Source of the DNA: Eledone cirrhosa
Lineage: Eukaryota
Length of the DNA: 64,000 nt
NCBI GenBank assembly: GCA_964016885.1
Contig: OZ024758.1
Coordinates: 13,950,001-14,014,000, forward strand
Direction: 5' to 3'
Position 1 is the stretch's first letter. Each line of letters begins with the position of its first letter. The notes under the pieces were generated by a model. It searched no databases, was not told the origin of the DNA, and saw nothing but the letters and a program-made list of their open reading frames with translations. Both the position numbers and the translations under genes were made by a program. Shown piece by piece: positions 26,400 to 37,167 of the stretch.

Positions 26400-26642
26400 C
26401 AAGTTCCACTCCACTTGGTAAGCGAATGAGGATTCGGGACACTGCATCCTTCAAAAACTTCCATGCTTCCCCAAATTTACCAACACTACACCTGATATTC
26501 CCCCTCGATGCATACGCACACGTGTCTGTCTTTGTGTGTCTGTGACTCATGCACTGTTCACTTTCCTGACATTTGTACATTATTCTATGTATTATACATG
26601 CACATTTGATGAGTTGTAGTGCACCTGAGCACAGTACACAAT
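26400..26642 (+). mobile_element. CR1/L2-type LINE 3' end fragment
   Basis: gacactgcatccttcaaaaacttccatgc...gtagtgcacctgagcacagtacacaat. Reverse-complement copies occur at about 8185-8300 and about 22045-22870. The clade is assigned from memory only. Confidence 0.55.
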
Positions 26643-26650
26643 CATTTTCA

Positions 26651-27050
26651 TTGGATTGGCAGTATCGGTAGAGGGTTTGACACATAGAGTTACGGCCCTT
26701 GCCATTCTGAGTTCAAATCCCGCCGAGGTTAACTTTGCCTTTCATCCTTACGGGGTCGATAAAATAAAGTACCAGTAATACACTGGGGTCGATTTAATCG
26801 AATTTCCCCTCCCCCAAAATTACTGGTTTGTGCCTGTAGTATCGCTAGAGGGTCGGACGCCATGCTTTCCAGCATAGTTACGTTCCTTTACGATCTGAGT
26901 TCAAATCCCGCCGAGGTAGACTTTGCCTTTCATCCTTACGGGGTCGAAAAAATAAAGTACCAGTAATGCACTGGGTAATTGCTGGCCTTGTGCCTAAAGT
27001 AGAAACAATTATTATATTCTGAGTTCAAATCCCGCCAAGGTTAACTTTGC
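26651..27050 (+). mobile_element. Cluster of 2-3 SINE A copies
   Basis: The SINE A core is repeated. Confidence 0.8.
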
Positions 27051-27103
<53 letters not shown>

Positions 27104-27167
27104 TCAAAAGATGGTTAAAAGAGTTCCATGTATTTTATTATGCGCATTTCAATAAAACTCACCTCCT

Positions 27168-27201
<34 letters not shown>

Positions 27202-27384
27202 AGATCAAAAGATGGTTAAAGGAGTTCCATATTTCCTCCCCTATATCTCCTCCCTGTTTGCTCTCTTTACCTCTCTCTCCCCTATATATATATATATATA
27301 TATATAACGAAGGAAATGTGGTAAGGAGCCAGGTGGACCATAACGCACCAAAGTACTCAATACTTAGGGTAGTAGAGTGGGTAA

Positions 27385-27510
27385 TAGGAACAAGTAAGAC
27401 CCCGACGGCTGAGCTCAAGCTGTTTCGACGGCTAATTCTGTACTCAATTCAGTACAGAATTAGCCGTCGAAACGGCTTGAGCTCAGCCGTCGGGGTCTTA
27501 CTTGTTCCTA
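27385..27510. repeat. Near-perfect 60-bp-arm inverted repeat (fold-back) derived from an HHR-bearing PLE-type end
   Basis: Arms 27385-27444 and 27451-27510 with one T/G mismatch. Contains GAAA-cggcttgagctcagccg-TC. Confidence 0.9.
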
Positions 27511-27606
27511 TATATATATATATATATATACATTATATATATATATATATATATATATAATCACACACATACTCTCTCACACACACACATACAAAAACAC
27601 ATACTT

Positions 27607-27637
<31 letters not shown>

Positions 27638-28554
27638 TTCACATTCAAACACACACACTCTCTTACACGCACACACACACACACACACACGCATACACTT
27701 TCTCTCTTTCTATCCCTCCCTCTCTCACACACATACACACACACACTTTCTCTCATTTTATCCTCTCTCTCTCTCACATACACACACACACACACCTCCG
27801 CCCTCCCTCTCTCTCTTCTTCCTTCATCTCTCACCACCACTCCCTCCTCTCCACCACTCTCAATACAAACTCGTGCCCCCCCCCCCCTCCTATCTCCCCC
27901 TCACCCCCCACCACACCACATATATTTACATAACTGATTGTTTCAGTAATTATCAGTAAAATAAGCTGCAGCCATATTTAAAGTCTCTCTTTTTATTGAA
28001 TCTTCAACAAATCTGCACCACAATTATTATACAATAAATCTCTCTCTCTCTCTCTCTCTCTCTATTTCCTCCCCTATATCTCCTCCCTGTCTGCTCTCTT
28101 TACCTCTCTCTCCCCTATATATATATATATCCCTTACTCTCTCTCTCCCTCTCTCTCTATATATCTCTCCCCCATCTCTCCATTGCTCTCTATCTCCCTT
28201 ACTCTCTCTCCCTCTCTCTCTCCTTCCCTATATATCTCTCCCCCATCTCTCCATTGCTCTCCCCCCCCCCCTCTCTCTCTCTCTATTTCCTCCCCTATAT
28301 CTCCTCCCTGTTTGCTCTCTTTACCTCTCTCTCCCCTATATATATATATCTCCCTTACTCTCTCTCCCTCTCTCTCTCCTTCCCTATATATCTCTCCCCC
28401 ATCTCTCCATTGCTCTACCCCCCCCCCTCTCTCTATCCCAGTTGACTATTAAAATGGAACCCATTAACTTAATCACAGAAATACAATGAACTGTCTGGTA
28501 GCTCACAACATTCCATGTAGCGCTGAAATCTATTGTAATTTACCATCAGCTACA

Positions 28555-29095
28555 TGTGACTCTTGTTGAGTCTCTCTTCAGCTCCATGTTTTTGTTATGA
28601 GTGACTCTTGTTGAGTCTCTCATCGGCTACATGTTGAGAGTGACTCTTGTTGAGTCGCTCAGTAGCTTCATGTTGTTAAGTGACTCTTGTTGAGTCTCAT
28701 CAGCTACATGTTGAGAGTGACTCTTGTTGAGTCTCTCATCAGCTCCATGTTGTTAAGTGACTCTTGTTGAGTCTCTCATCAGCTACATGTTGAGAGTGAC
28801 TCTTGTTGAGTCTCTCAGTAGCTTCATGTTGTTAAGTGACTCTTGTTGAGTCTCTCATCAGCTACATGTTGAGAGTGACTCTTGTTGAGTCTCTCATCAG
28901 CTCCATGTTGTTGTTATGAGTGACTCTTGTTGAGTCTCTCATCAGCTACATGTTGAGAGTGACTCTTGTTGAGTCTCTCAGTAGCTTCATGTTGTTAAGT
29001 GACTCTTGTTGAGTCTCTCAGTAGCTTCATGTTGTTAAGTGACTCTTGTTGAGTTTCTCATCAGCTCCATGTTAAGTGACTCTTGTTGAGTCTCT
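28555..29095. repeat. Minisatellite, about 37-42-bp unit, each with a gactc-ttgtt-gagtc hairpin
   Basis: gtgactcttgttgagtctctca recurs about 14 times. Confidence 0.9.
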
Positions 29096-29355
29096 TGTGT
29101 GGTAGACCTCCTCAGTAAAATATGGTCGTACTTGTACTTATTACATCCTACATTATCATCATCATAATCATCATCACCATCATCACCACCACCATCACCA
29201 GCATCACCATCATCACCACCATCATCACCACCATCATCATCATCATCTCATCATCATAATCATCATCATCATGGCTCCCTCTTCTATATGTATGTACACA
29301 CACATGCATGCATGCATACACACACATACGCACACATATATATATATATATACAC

Positions 29356-29390
<35 letters not shown>

Positions 29391-29611
29391 GGTTGTTTTG
29401 CGTGTGTAAGACTTCAAACTGAAGGGATCAGCAATGTTGTTTTTCAGTTTATCTTAGTCAAGCCCCTCGCTGTTCCTGTTCTTCACATGGAATAATACTG
29501 CATGGTCGTATGTAGGGGTGGGGTGGTGGGGGCAGGGGCATGGGGGGGGTAGAGTAGAGAGGAAAGAGACGAGCTTGAGGAGAGGATAAGGTGACCAAGT
29601 GAAAAGGGACT

Positions 29612-29650
<39 letters not shown>

Positions 29651-29862
29651 CTGTGGAGAGTGGGAGAGAGAGAGAAAGAGAGAGAGAGGATAAGGAGAGC
29701 AAATGAGAAGGAACTATATATATATATATAGAGAGAGAGAGATGGGGGGAGTCTGGAGAGGGGACAAAGAGAGTAAGGAACTAGAGGGAGAGGAAGATAG
29801 AGAGAAAGAGGGAGAGAGAGAGAGGGTGACTGCAGAGAGGATAAGGAGAGCAAATGAGAAGA

Positions 29863-29943
<81 letters not shown>

Positions 29944-30109
29944 TGGAGGGGAGCCTGGAGAGGGGGACAAAGAGAGTAAGGAACTAGAGGGAGGGAGAGA
30001 AAGAGGGTGGGTGAAGGAAGGCAGAGTAAAGTGCACTGAGTGTAGAGGGCTGATGACTTTCACCACCAGCGTTGCACCACAACACATGACACATGCATTC
30101 CAGCAGTGC

Positions 30110-30640
30110 AGCAGTAGTAGTGGTGGTGGTAGCAACAGTAGTAGTAGTAGTAGCAGCAGCAGTAGTAGTAGTAGTTGTAGTAGTGACAGTAGTGGTAGTA
30201 GTAGTAGTAGTTTTGTTAGTAGTGGTAATAGTAGTAGTAGTAGTTGTAGTAGTGACAGTAGTGGTAGTAGTAGTTTTGTTAGTAGTGGTAATAGTAATAG
30301 TAGTAGCAGCAGTTGTAGTAGTTGTAGTAGTGACAGTAGTGGTAGTAGTAGTAGTAGTTTTGTTAGTAGTGGTGGTGGTAGCAACAGTAGTAGTAGTAGC
30401 AGCAGTTGTAGTAGTTGTAGTAGTGACAGTAGTGGTAGTAGTAGTAGTAGTAGTTTTGTTAGTAGTGGTAGCTAGCAATAGTAGTAGTAGCAGCAGTAGT
30501 AGTTTTGTTAGTAGTAGTAGTAGATGTAATAGTAGTAGTTGTAGTAGTGACAATAGTGGTAGCAGTAGTAGTGGTAATAGTAGTAGTAGTAGTAGTAGTA
30601 GTAGTAGCAGCAGCAGCATACAGTTATAGTAGTAGCATTA
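30110..30640. repeat. (AGT)n-based composite trinucleotide repeat with higher-order duplication
   Basis: Direct reading. Confidence 0.9.
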
Positions 30641-30972
30641 GTAGATGATGATGATGGTGTTGATAGGCCTGGAGTTCTGTATGTAGTGGAGTGGGGATGG
30701 GAGTGGTGTGTCAAAGACATGACAGAACGGTTCTCCCACAGTTGGTGATAGGGAAGTATATACAGCCATAGAAAACCTGCCAAATAAAGGGTCGTGTGGA
30801 ACCTTTAGTTGTATCAAAGACAGGACAACCTTCCTAGTGATAATGTCATGATAAAATACACTCAGTAGCATGCAGGATCATATGTAAGTTAGATGCAGTA
30901 ACTGTGGCCCATCTTTGACACAGACGCATCACTCCCCACCACAGGATGTGTTGGGTGTGTTTATCAGTCATC

Positions 30973-32500
30973 TACTTCTCCAAATTGAGAGATCACAGCT
31001 CTGATACTATGGACATGTGGTTAGAATGTCTCAGGAAAGAATCGCTGGACAAATTTGTAGCTCGAAGATCAGAGAGTCACTCCAGGTAGAGCTGCTACAT
31101 CTCCAAATTGTGAGATATCACAGCTCTGATACTATGGACATGTGGTTAGAATGTCTCAGGAAAGAATTGCTGGACAGATTTGTAGCTCGAAGATCAGAGA
31201 GTCACTCCAGGTAGAGCTGCTACATCTCCAAATTGAGAGATCACAGCTCTGATACTATGGACATGGGGTTAGAATGTCTCAGGAAAGAATCGCTGGACAA
31301 ATTTGTAGCTCGAAGATCAGAGAGTCATTCCAGGTAGAGCTGCTACATCTCCAAATTGTGAGATCACAGCCCTGATACTATGGACATGTTGTTAGAATGT
31401 CTCAGTAAAGAAGTGCTGGACAGATTTGTAGCTCGAAGATTAGAGAGTCACTCCAGGTAGAGCTGCTACATCTCCAAATTGTGAGATCACAGCTCTGATA
31501 CTATGGACATGTGGTTAGAATGTCTCAGGAAAGAATTGCTGGACAAATTTGTAGCTCGAAGATCAGAGAGTCATTCCAGGTAGAGCTGCTACTTCTCCGA
31601 ATTGTGAGATCACAGCCCTGATACTATGGACATGTTGTTAGAATGTCTCAGTAAAGAAGTGCTGGACAGATTTGTAGCTCGAAGATTAGAGAGTCACTCC
31701 AGGTAGAGCTGCTACATCTCCAAATTGTGAGATCACAGCTCTGATACTATGGACATGTGGTTAGAATGTCTCAGGAAAGAATCGCTGGACAAATTTGTAG
31801 CTCGAAGATCAGAGAGTCATTCCAGGTAGAGCTGCTACATCTCCAAATTGTGAGATCACAGCTCTGATACTATGGTAGTGGTTAGAATGTCTCAGGAAAG
31901 AATCGCTGGACAGATTTGTAGCTCGAAGATCAGAGAGTCATTCCAGGTAGAGCTGCTACTTCTCCAAATTGAGAGATCACAGCTCTGATACTATGGACAT
32001 GTGGTTAGAATGTCTCAGGAAAGAAGCGCTGGACAGATTTGTAGCTCGAAGATCATAGAGTCATTCCAGGTAGAGCTGCTACTTCTCCGAATTGTGAGAT
32101 CACAGCTCTGATACTATGGACATGTGGTTAGAATGTCTCAGGAAAGAATCGCTGGACAGATTTGTAGCTCGAAGATCAGAGAGTCATTCTAGGTAGAGCT
32201 GCTACTTCTCCAAATTGTGAGATCACAGCTCTGATACTATGGACATGTGGTTAGAATGTCTCAGTAAAGAAGTGCTGGACAGATTTTATGGGCAAAACCA
32301 TTTAAAAGCAGGAGACCCAGGGGTAGATCTTAAGCAAGATAGTTGGATAACATCCATGAGCTTGGCTGGTCTTGCTTGGAGGTCCAGCCGGATGAGTTGG
32401 AGACGGTTGCTTCTGGCAGGACCTGCTGGAAGGAGTATTTGAGGACTCTGCTCCCATGACCCTCTCAGGAATAAGTGGGTGAAGAAGATGAAGAAGAAGA
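30973..32500 (+). mobile_element. RTE LINE 3' end with the 123-bp segment repeated about 10-11 times, followed by the natural 3' terminus
   Basis: Same unit as 24194-24845. After 32286 it continues in the decayed frame ILWAKPFKSRRPRGRS*...LDNIHELGW and ends in a (GAA)n tail. Confidence 0.85.
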
Positions 32501-33567
32501 AGAATAGGATGGAGGAGGAGGAGGAGGAGAAGAAGCAATGCATGACTGTTTTACAAAAAAATAAGCTGAACTATCTGAGACGATTTCCAATTGTAGTTAT
32601 TTAACTTCATGTTTCTTATAATTCCTTATGGAAGAGGGTTGGTACCTATGACCATTGCAGGTTGTCCAACAGACAGTAGGGGCTGGGTAAAGTTGGTTTA
32701 AGGGCCATGGAATATTTTCCTTTCATTTTCTTTCATTCCCTTGACAAATAGATTATAACCCCCTCCCCACCACCACCCCACATTCTTCGGTGGTTTACCT
32801 TGTTTTTTAATCAACAGTTAGACATGAAACTTTTTGTTGATTTTCCTTCCTCTCCCTCCACCCTTCCTTCTTGTTTAGCAAATCACTGGCAGCAGACGAC
32901 AACCCCTCCATCCCCTTTACCAAATCACAAGCAGCAGACGACAATGAAGCTTTGTTGTGTGTCACTGTCTGTTGTGTTTATTAGTGTAGCATCATCACAG
33001 TTCCAGACAACCTTTACACAACTAAACTACCCACCTTTCTCTCTCTCTTCCCCCCTCCCCCTCTCTCAATCTTTCTCTTCTCCCCCCTCTCTCTCTCCCA
33101 CCTCTCTCTCTGTTCCCACTCTCCTCCCCCTCTCTCTATTCTCCCTCTCCCCATCTCTCTTCCACCTCTCACCCACTCTCCCTCTCCCCATCTCTCTTCC
33201 ACCTCTCCCCATCTCTCTTCCACCTCTCACCCACTCTCTCTTCCCCCCTCTCACCCCCCTCTCACCCCCTCTCCCCCCCTCTCACCCAGTCTCTCTTCCT
33301 CCTCTCCTCTCTCCCTCCCCTCCCACCCAGTCTCTCTTCCTCCTCTCCTCTCTCCCTCCCCTCCTTTCTTTCTCCAATCTTTTTCTTTGACAATTCAATT
33401 CCTTTATTTCCAGTATAAATCAATGTAAACTAGATCTACAGTAAGTTTCATGGCTTCTCCTTCTTGCTTTTTGGGGGATATTTTTATATGTATAAACATT
33501 GGAACATTTACCTTGACGAAGGTCAAAATCGATGGTGGTGACGGGGGGGTGTATGTGTTTGTCTGTC

Positions 33568-33599
<32 letters not shown>

Positions 33600-33686
33600 G
33601 TAATAATAATAAATGTGAAGACTAAAATGCCAAGAGGGCTCGATAAGGATAAATATATATGAAATATATAAAAACAATAGAGCAAA

Positions 33687-33803
33687 TATTCATTAAAATA
33701 ACAGATTAAAGTTTAAGTAAAGAATTGCTGCTTTCACCCTTAACAGGATCTTCTGAAAGCAGCGATTCTTTGCTTAAACTTTAATCTGTTATTTTAATAA
33801 ATA
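33687..33803. repeat. Inverted repeat, 50-bp arms, 17-bp spacer
   Basis: Arms 33687-33736 and 33754-33803 with 3 transition mismatches. Confidence 0.9.
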
Positions 33804-33807
33804 AATA

Positions 33808-33839
<32 letters not shown>

Positions 33840-33916
33840 GTTGAAAATTAACAAACAAAACACAGGAAGCATTTGTACACAGTTATATTAGGTTCACACT
33901 TAGTGGAAGTGGAGGA

Positions 33917-33954
33917 GGTTTCAACGTTTAGGTCAGAAGTCCTTCATCAGGAAA
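33917..33954 (-). ncRNA. Degenerate minimal hammerhead motif
   Basis: Minus strand reads tttc-CTGATGA-agg-acttctga-cct-AAA-cg-TT-gaaa. The G of GAAA is lost or mutated. Confidence 0.4.
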
Positions 33955-34504
33955 GTTCGAATAGGGGGAGAACAGAAACTCCGAGGAAGAGTGAGGCAGG
34001 GGTTAAGGAGGGAAGTTAAAAAATTGAGAAATAAGCCAAACACTTCTAACTATATCACATTTAAATTTACAGGTGTTTCATCCTTAATATTAAGAGCTTA
34101 ATATTAGTTAGGGCACCCTCAGAATTATATAAGATATAGTTGCTTTAAATATGACATTATGTACATAAAATATAACATATCTGGTCAACTCTGCTTCCTG
34201 ATCAACCTTGTTTGAGCCAATTCTTGAAGGTTGGTTCTAGCAGTTTAAAATAACTACCTTGGGAGAAAGTAGTCTACAGAACAACAACATTAATTCCTGC
34301 TTCAGTTTAGGTTATTTGGTTGTAAAGGTTACAGTGTAGCAATCTGCAGATGTTCCAGTCACTTGTAAAGGTTGGACAAGGGTCTGTGAAATAATGATAA
34401 ATATAAGACATGTTGGAGCCATAATTCTACAGCACATACCAAGTTACTGTTCACTGATTTCTCACTACTCTGCCATTGCCATATATATACATACATACAT
34501 GTGT

Positions 34505-34563
<59 letters not shown>

Positions 34564-34761
34564 GTGTGTGTGTATATATATATAATAGTAATGAAAGTAA
34601 ATTTTACTTATTTACTGGGTACATTATAGCTCAATGCAATCATAGGATCATATCATGCATCATTGTAACTATATATATATATATGTATATTCACTATCTT
34701 CATTAGGCTTATACCATTAAGTTCACATGAAGATATGTCACTATCTTTACACCAATTATTA

Positions 34762-34822
34762 TATTTTATCTGACGAAAGCGTACTTAAATATTAGTGCCC
34801 TTGAAATACGTATAATAAAATA
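34762..34822 (+). ncRNA. Minimal type-I hammerhead ribozyme, copy 1
   Basis: Stem I tattttat/ataaaata; core CTGACGA; stem II aagcgtact/agtgccctt (8 of 9 paired, loop taaatatt); GAAA; palindromic stem III a-tacgta-t; predicted cut after UA at 34814. Confidence 0.8.
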
Positions 34823-34906
34823 TATATATGTATATTCACTATCTTCATTAGGCTTATACCATTAAGTTCACATGAAGATATGTCACTATCTTTACACCAA
34901 TTATTA

Positions 34907-34967
34907 TATTTTATCTGACGAAAGCGTACTTAAATATTAGTGCCCTTGAAATACGTATAATAAAATA
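34907..34967 (+). ncRNA. Minimal type-I hammerhead ribozyme, copy 2
   Basis: Identical to copy 1. Confidence 0.8.
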
Positions 34968-35051
34968 TATATATGTATATTCACTATCTTCATTAGGCTT
35001 ATACCATTAAGTTCACATGAAGATATGTCACTATCTTTACACCAATTATTA

Positions 35052-35112
35052 TATTTTATCTGACGAAAGCGTACTTAAATATTAGTGCCCTTGAAATACG
35101 TATAATAAAATA
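35052..35112 (+). ncRNA. Minimal type-I hammerhead ribozyme, copy 3
   Basis: Identical to copy 1. Confidence 0.8.
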
Positions 35113-35150
35113 AATATGGTTTTGTAAAGATATTTTCCATTTATTAATAT

Positions 35151-35335
35151 AGTTTCTACTTTTGGCACAAGGTCAGCAATTATACCAGTGTATTACTGGT
35201 ACTTTATTTTATCGACCCTGTAAGGATGAAAGGCAAAGTTAACCTCAGCTGGATTTGAACTCAGATCATAAAGGGCCGTAACTCTATGCGGCAAGGCATG
35301 GCGTCCGACCCTCTACCGATACTGCCAATCCACCC
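35151..35335 (-). mobile_element. SINE A with a 15-bp target-site duplication
   Basis: tccatttattaatat at 35136-35150 and 35336-35350. Confidence 0.9.
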
Positions 35336-35437
35336 TCCATTTATTAATATTGTTAATATTAATGTATATTCAATATATATATATGTGTATGTGTGTGTAT
35401 GTATATATATGTGTGTGTGTGCATATGTATATATATA

Positions 35438-36070
35438 TTTGTTTCAAATATACTTTTGAGAGGAAGTAAAGCATTTTTAAAAACATATTCAAATTGTGAA
35501 TAAGTTTTGTCACATCAGCTAAATTATATATCATTATACATACATACATATCATCATCATCGGACGTTAAATGATGATGATGATTGTATGTATGTATGTA
35601 TGTATGTATGTATGTATGTATGTATGTATGTATGTATGTATAATTGTTTGTAATTTTGGCACAAGGCCAGCAATTACCCAGTACATTACTGGTACTTCAT
35701 TTTATCGACCCCGTCAGGATGAAAGGCAAAGTTAACCTCGGCGAGATTTGAACTCAGAATGGCAAGGGCCGTAACTCTATGCATCAAAGCATGGCGTACA
35801 ACGCTCTACTGATACTGCCAATCCACCGCCCTGTATGTATGTATAATTGTTTCTACTTTAGGCACAAGGCCAGCAATTACCCCAGTGCATTACTGGTACT
35901 TTATTTTATCGACCCCGTAAGGATGAAAGGCAAAGTCAACCTCGGCGGGATTTGAACTCAGATCGTAAAGATAATGATATATAATTTAGCTGATGTGACA
36001 AAACTTATTCACAATTTGAGCATGTTTTTCAAAATGCTATACTTCCTCTCAAAAGTATATTTGAAACAAA
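35438..36070. repeat. Inverted repeat with about 100-bp arms enclosing two SINE A copies
   Basis: 35438-35537 is the reverse complement of 35971-36070 with a few mismatches. Confidence 0.85.
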
Positions 36071-37167
36071 ACGTGTGTGTGTGTGAATGTATGTGCATGT
36101 GTCCGCGTGTGTGTATCTGTGTGTGCATGTGCATGTATGTGTTTGACTGTTGGTAGTTTCAACAGTCTACAAGATTAAGAAGTAAGTAGCTTGGTATGTC
36201 CAACTTATTTCCACTGAGAGAATAAGATGCTGTCGTCAATTAAACCCTTTAACTGACAGAAAGCAATGCCCCAATTGACAACCATTTTGAAACTGCAGTA
36301 TGTGTGTGTGTGTGTGCGTGTGTGTGTCGGGGGGGGGGGGGGCTCTTAAAACTTATTTAAGTACAATTTTATCACTTTTTTCTTTCTTCAGTTTCTTCTT
36401 CTTCTAAGAGTGTCTTTCTTTTTCTTTTTGCTTTTCCTCATAAAATTATTATTGCATTGCTATTTGGTATTGTGCATCACTTTTTCCTGTTATGTCAAGT
36501 GAGAGAAATGAAAGTTTGGTTAAACAGAAGTGAAAGAAATTTACAGATCAAACACAGTTGAAGAAGAACATTCAACAAATAAAGAATGATAAGGAGTGGC
36601 GGTTTTTAATGGTGACATTTTTTCTGCATTACTATGCAGTCATGCAGTCATGTTTCATTTTGAAATTCTGGCAGCTGGGGGGAAGAAAGTGTGTGTTAGT
36701 GTTTGTGTGTTTGTGTGTATGTGTCTAAATCAGAGAGGTGGTAGGTTTGGAGACAGAGAGAGAAGGGGGTAGAGACAGACTAGGTTTGTTTGTGTTTGTC
36801 TAAATCAGAGAGGTGGGGCATTTGGAGAGGGTGAGAGAGAGAGAGAGACTAGGTTTGTTTGTGTGTGTCTAAATCAAGAGAGTTGGTAGGTATGGAGGCA
36901 GAGAGAGAGACAGTGAGAGAGAGACTAGTTAGTAACTACATATGTCTTCAAATGAAATTTGTGTTTCTTCTAAACTTGACAGCCAAAGAGACTTGGAAGT
37001 GCATGTGTTTAAACATGATTTCATTATTGTGTCTTGTGAAGAGTTGTGTGTTCTATCTACATAAGTAGAAAATACAAAGATTACACACTGTTTCACATAC
37101 TTGTTCTTCAAATTACTTTGTTTAACTTACCTTTGCATGTGTGTGTATGTATGTGTGTGTGTGTGAT

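Larger units (their letters stand above)
34677..35112 (+). repeat. 3 x 145-bp perfect tandem repeat, one hammerhead per unit
   Basis: CTGACGA at 34770, 34915 and 35060. Confidence 0.95.

Noticed and set aside
28555-29095. CRISPR array (also considered for 57320-58126 and 43321-44302)
   Set aside because: The linkers are recurrent or simple-sequence rather than unique spacers. The context is eukaryotic and there are no cas genes.
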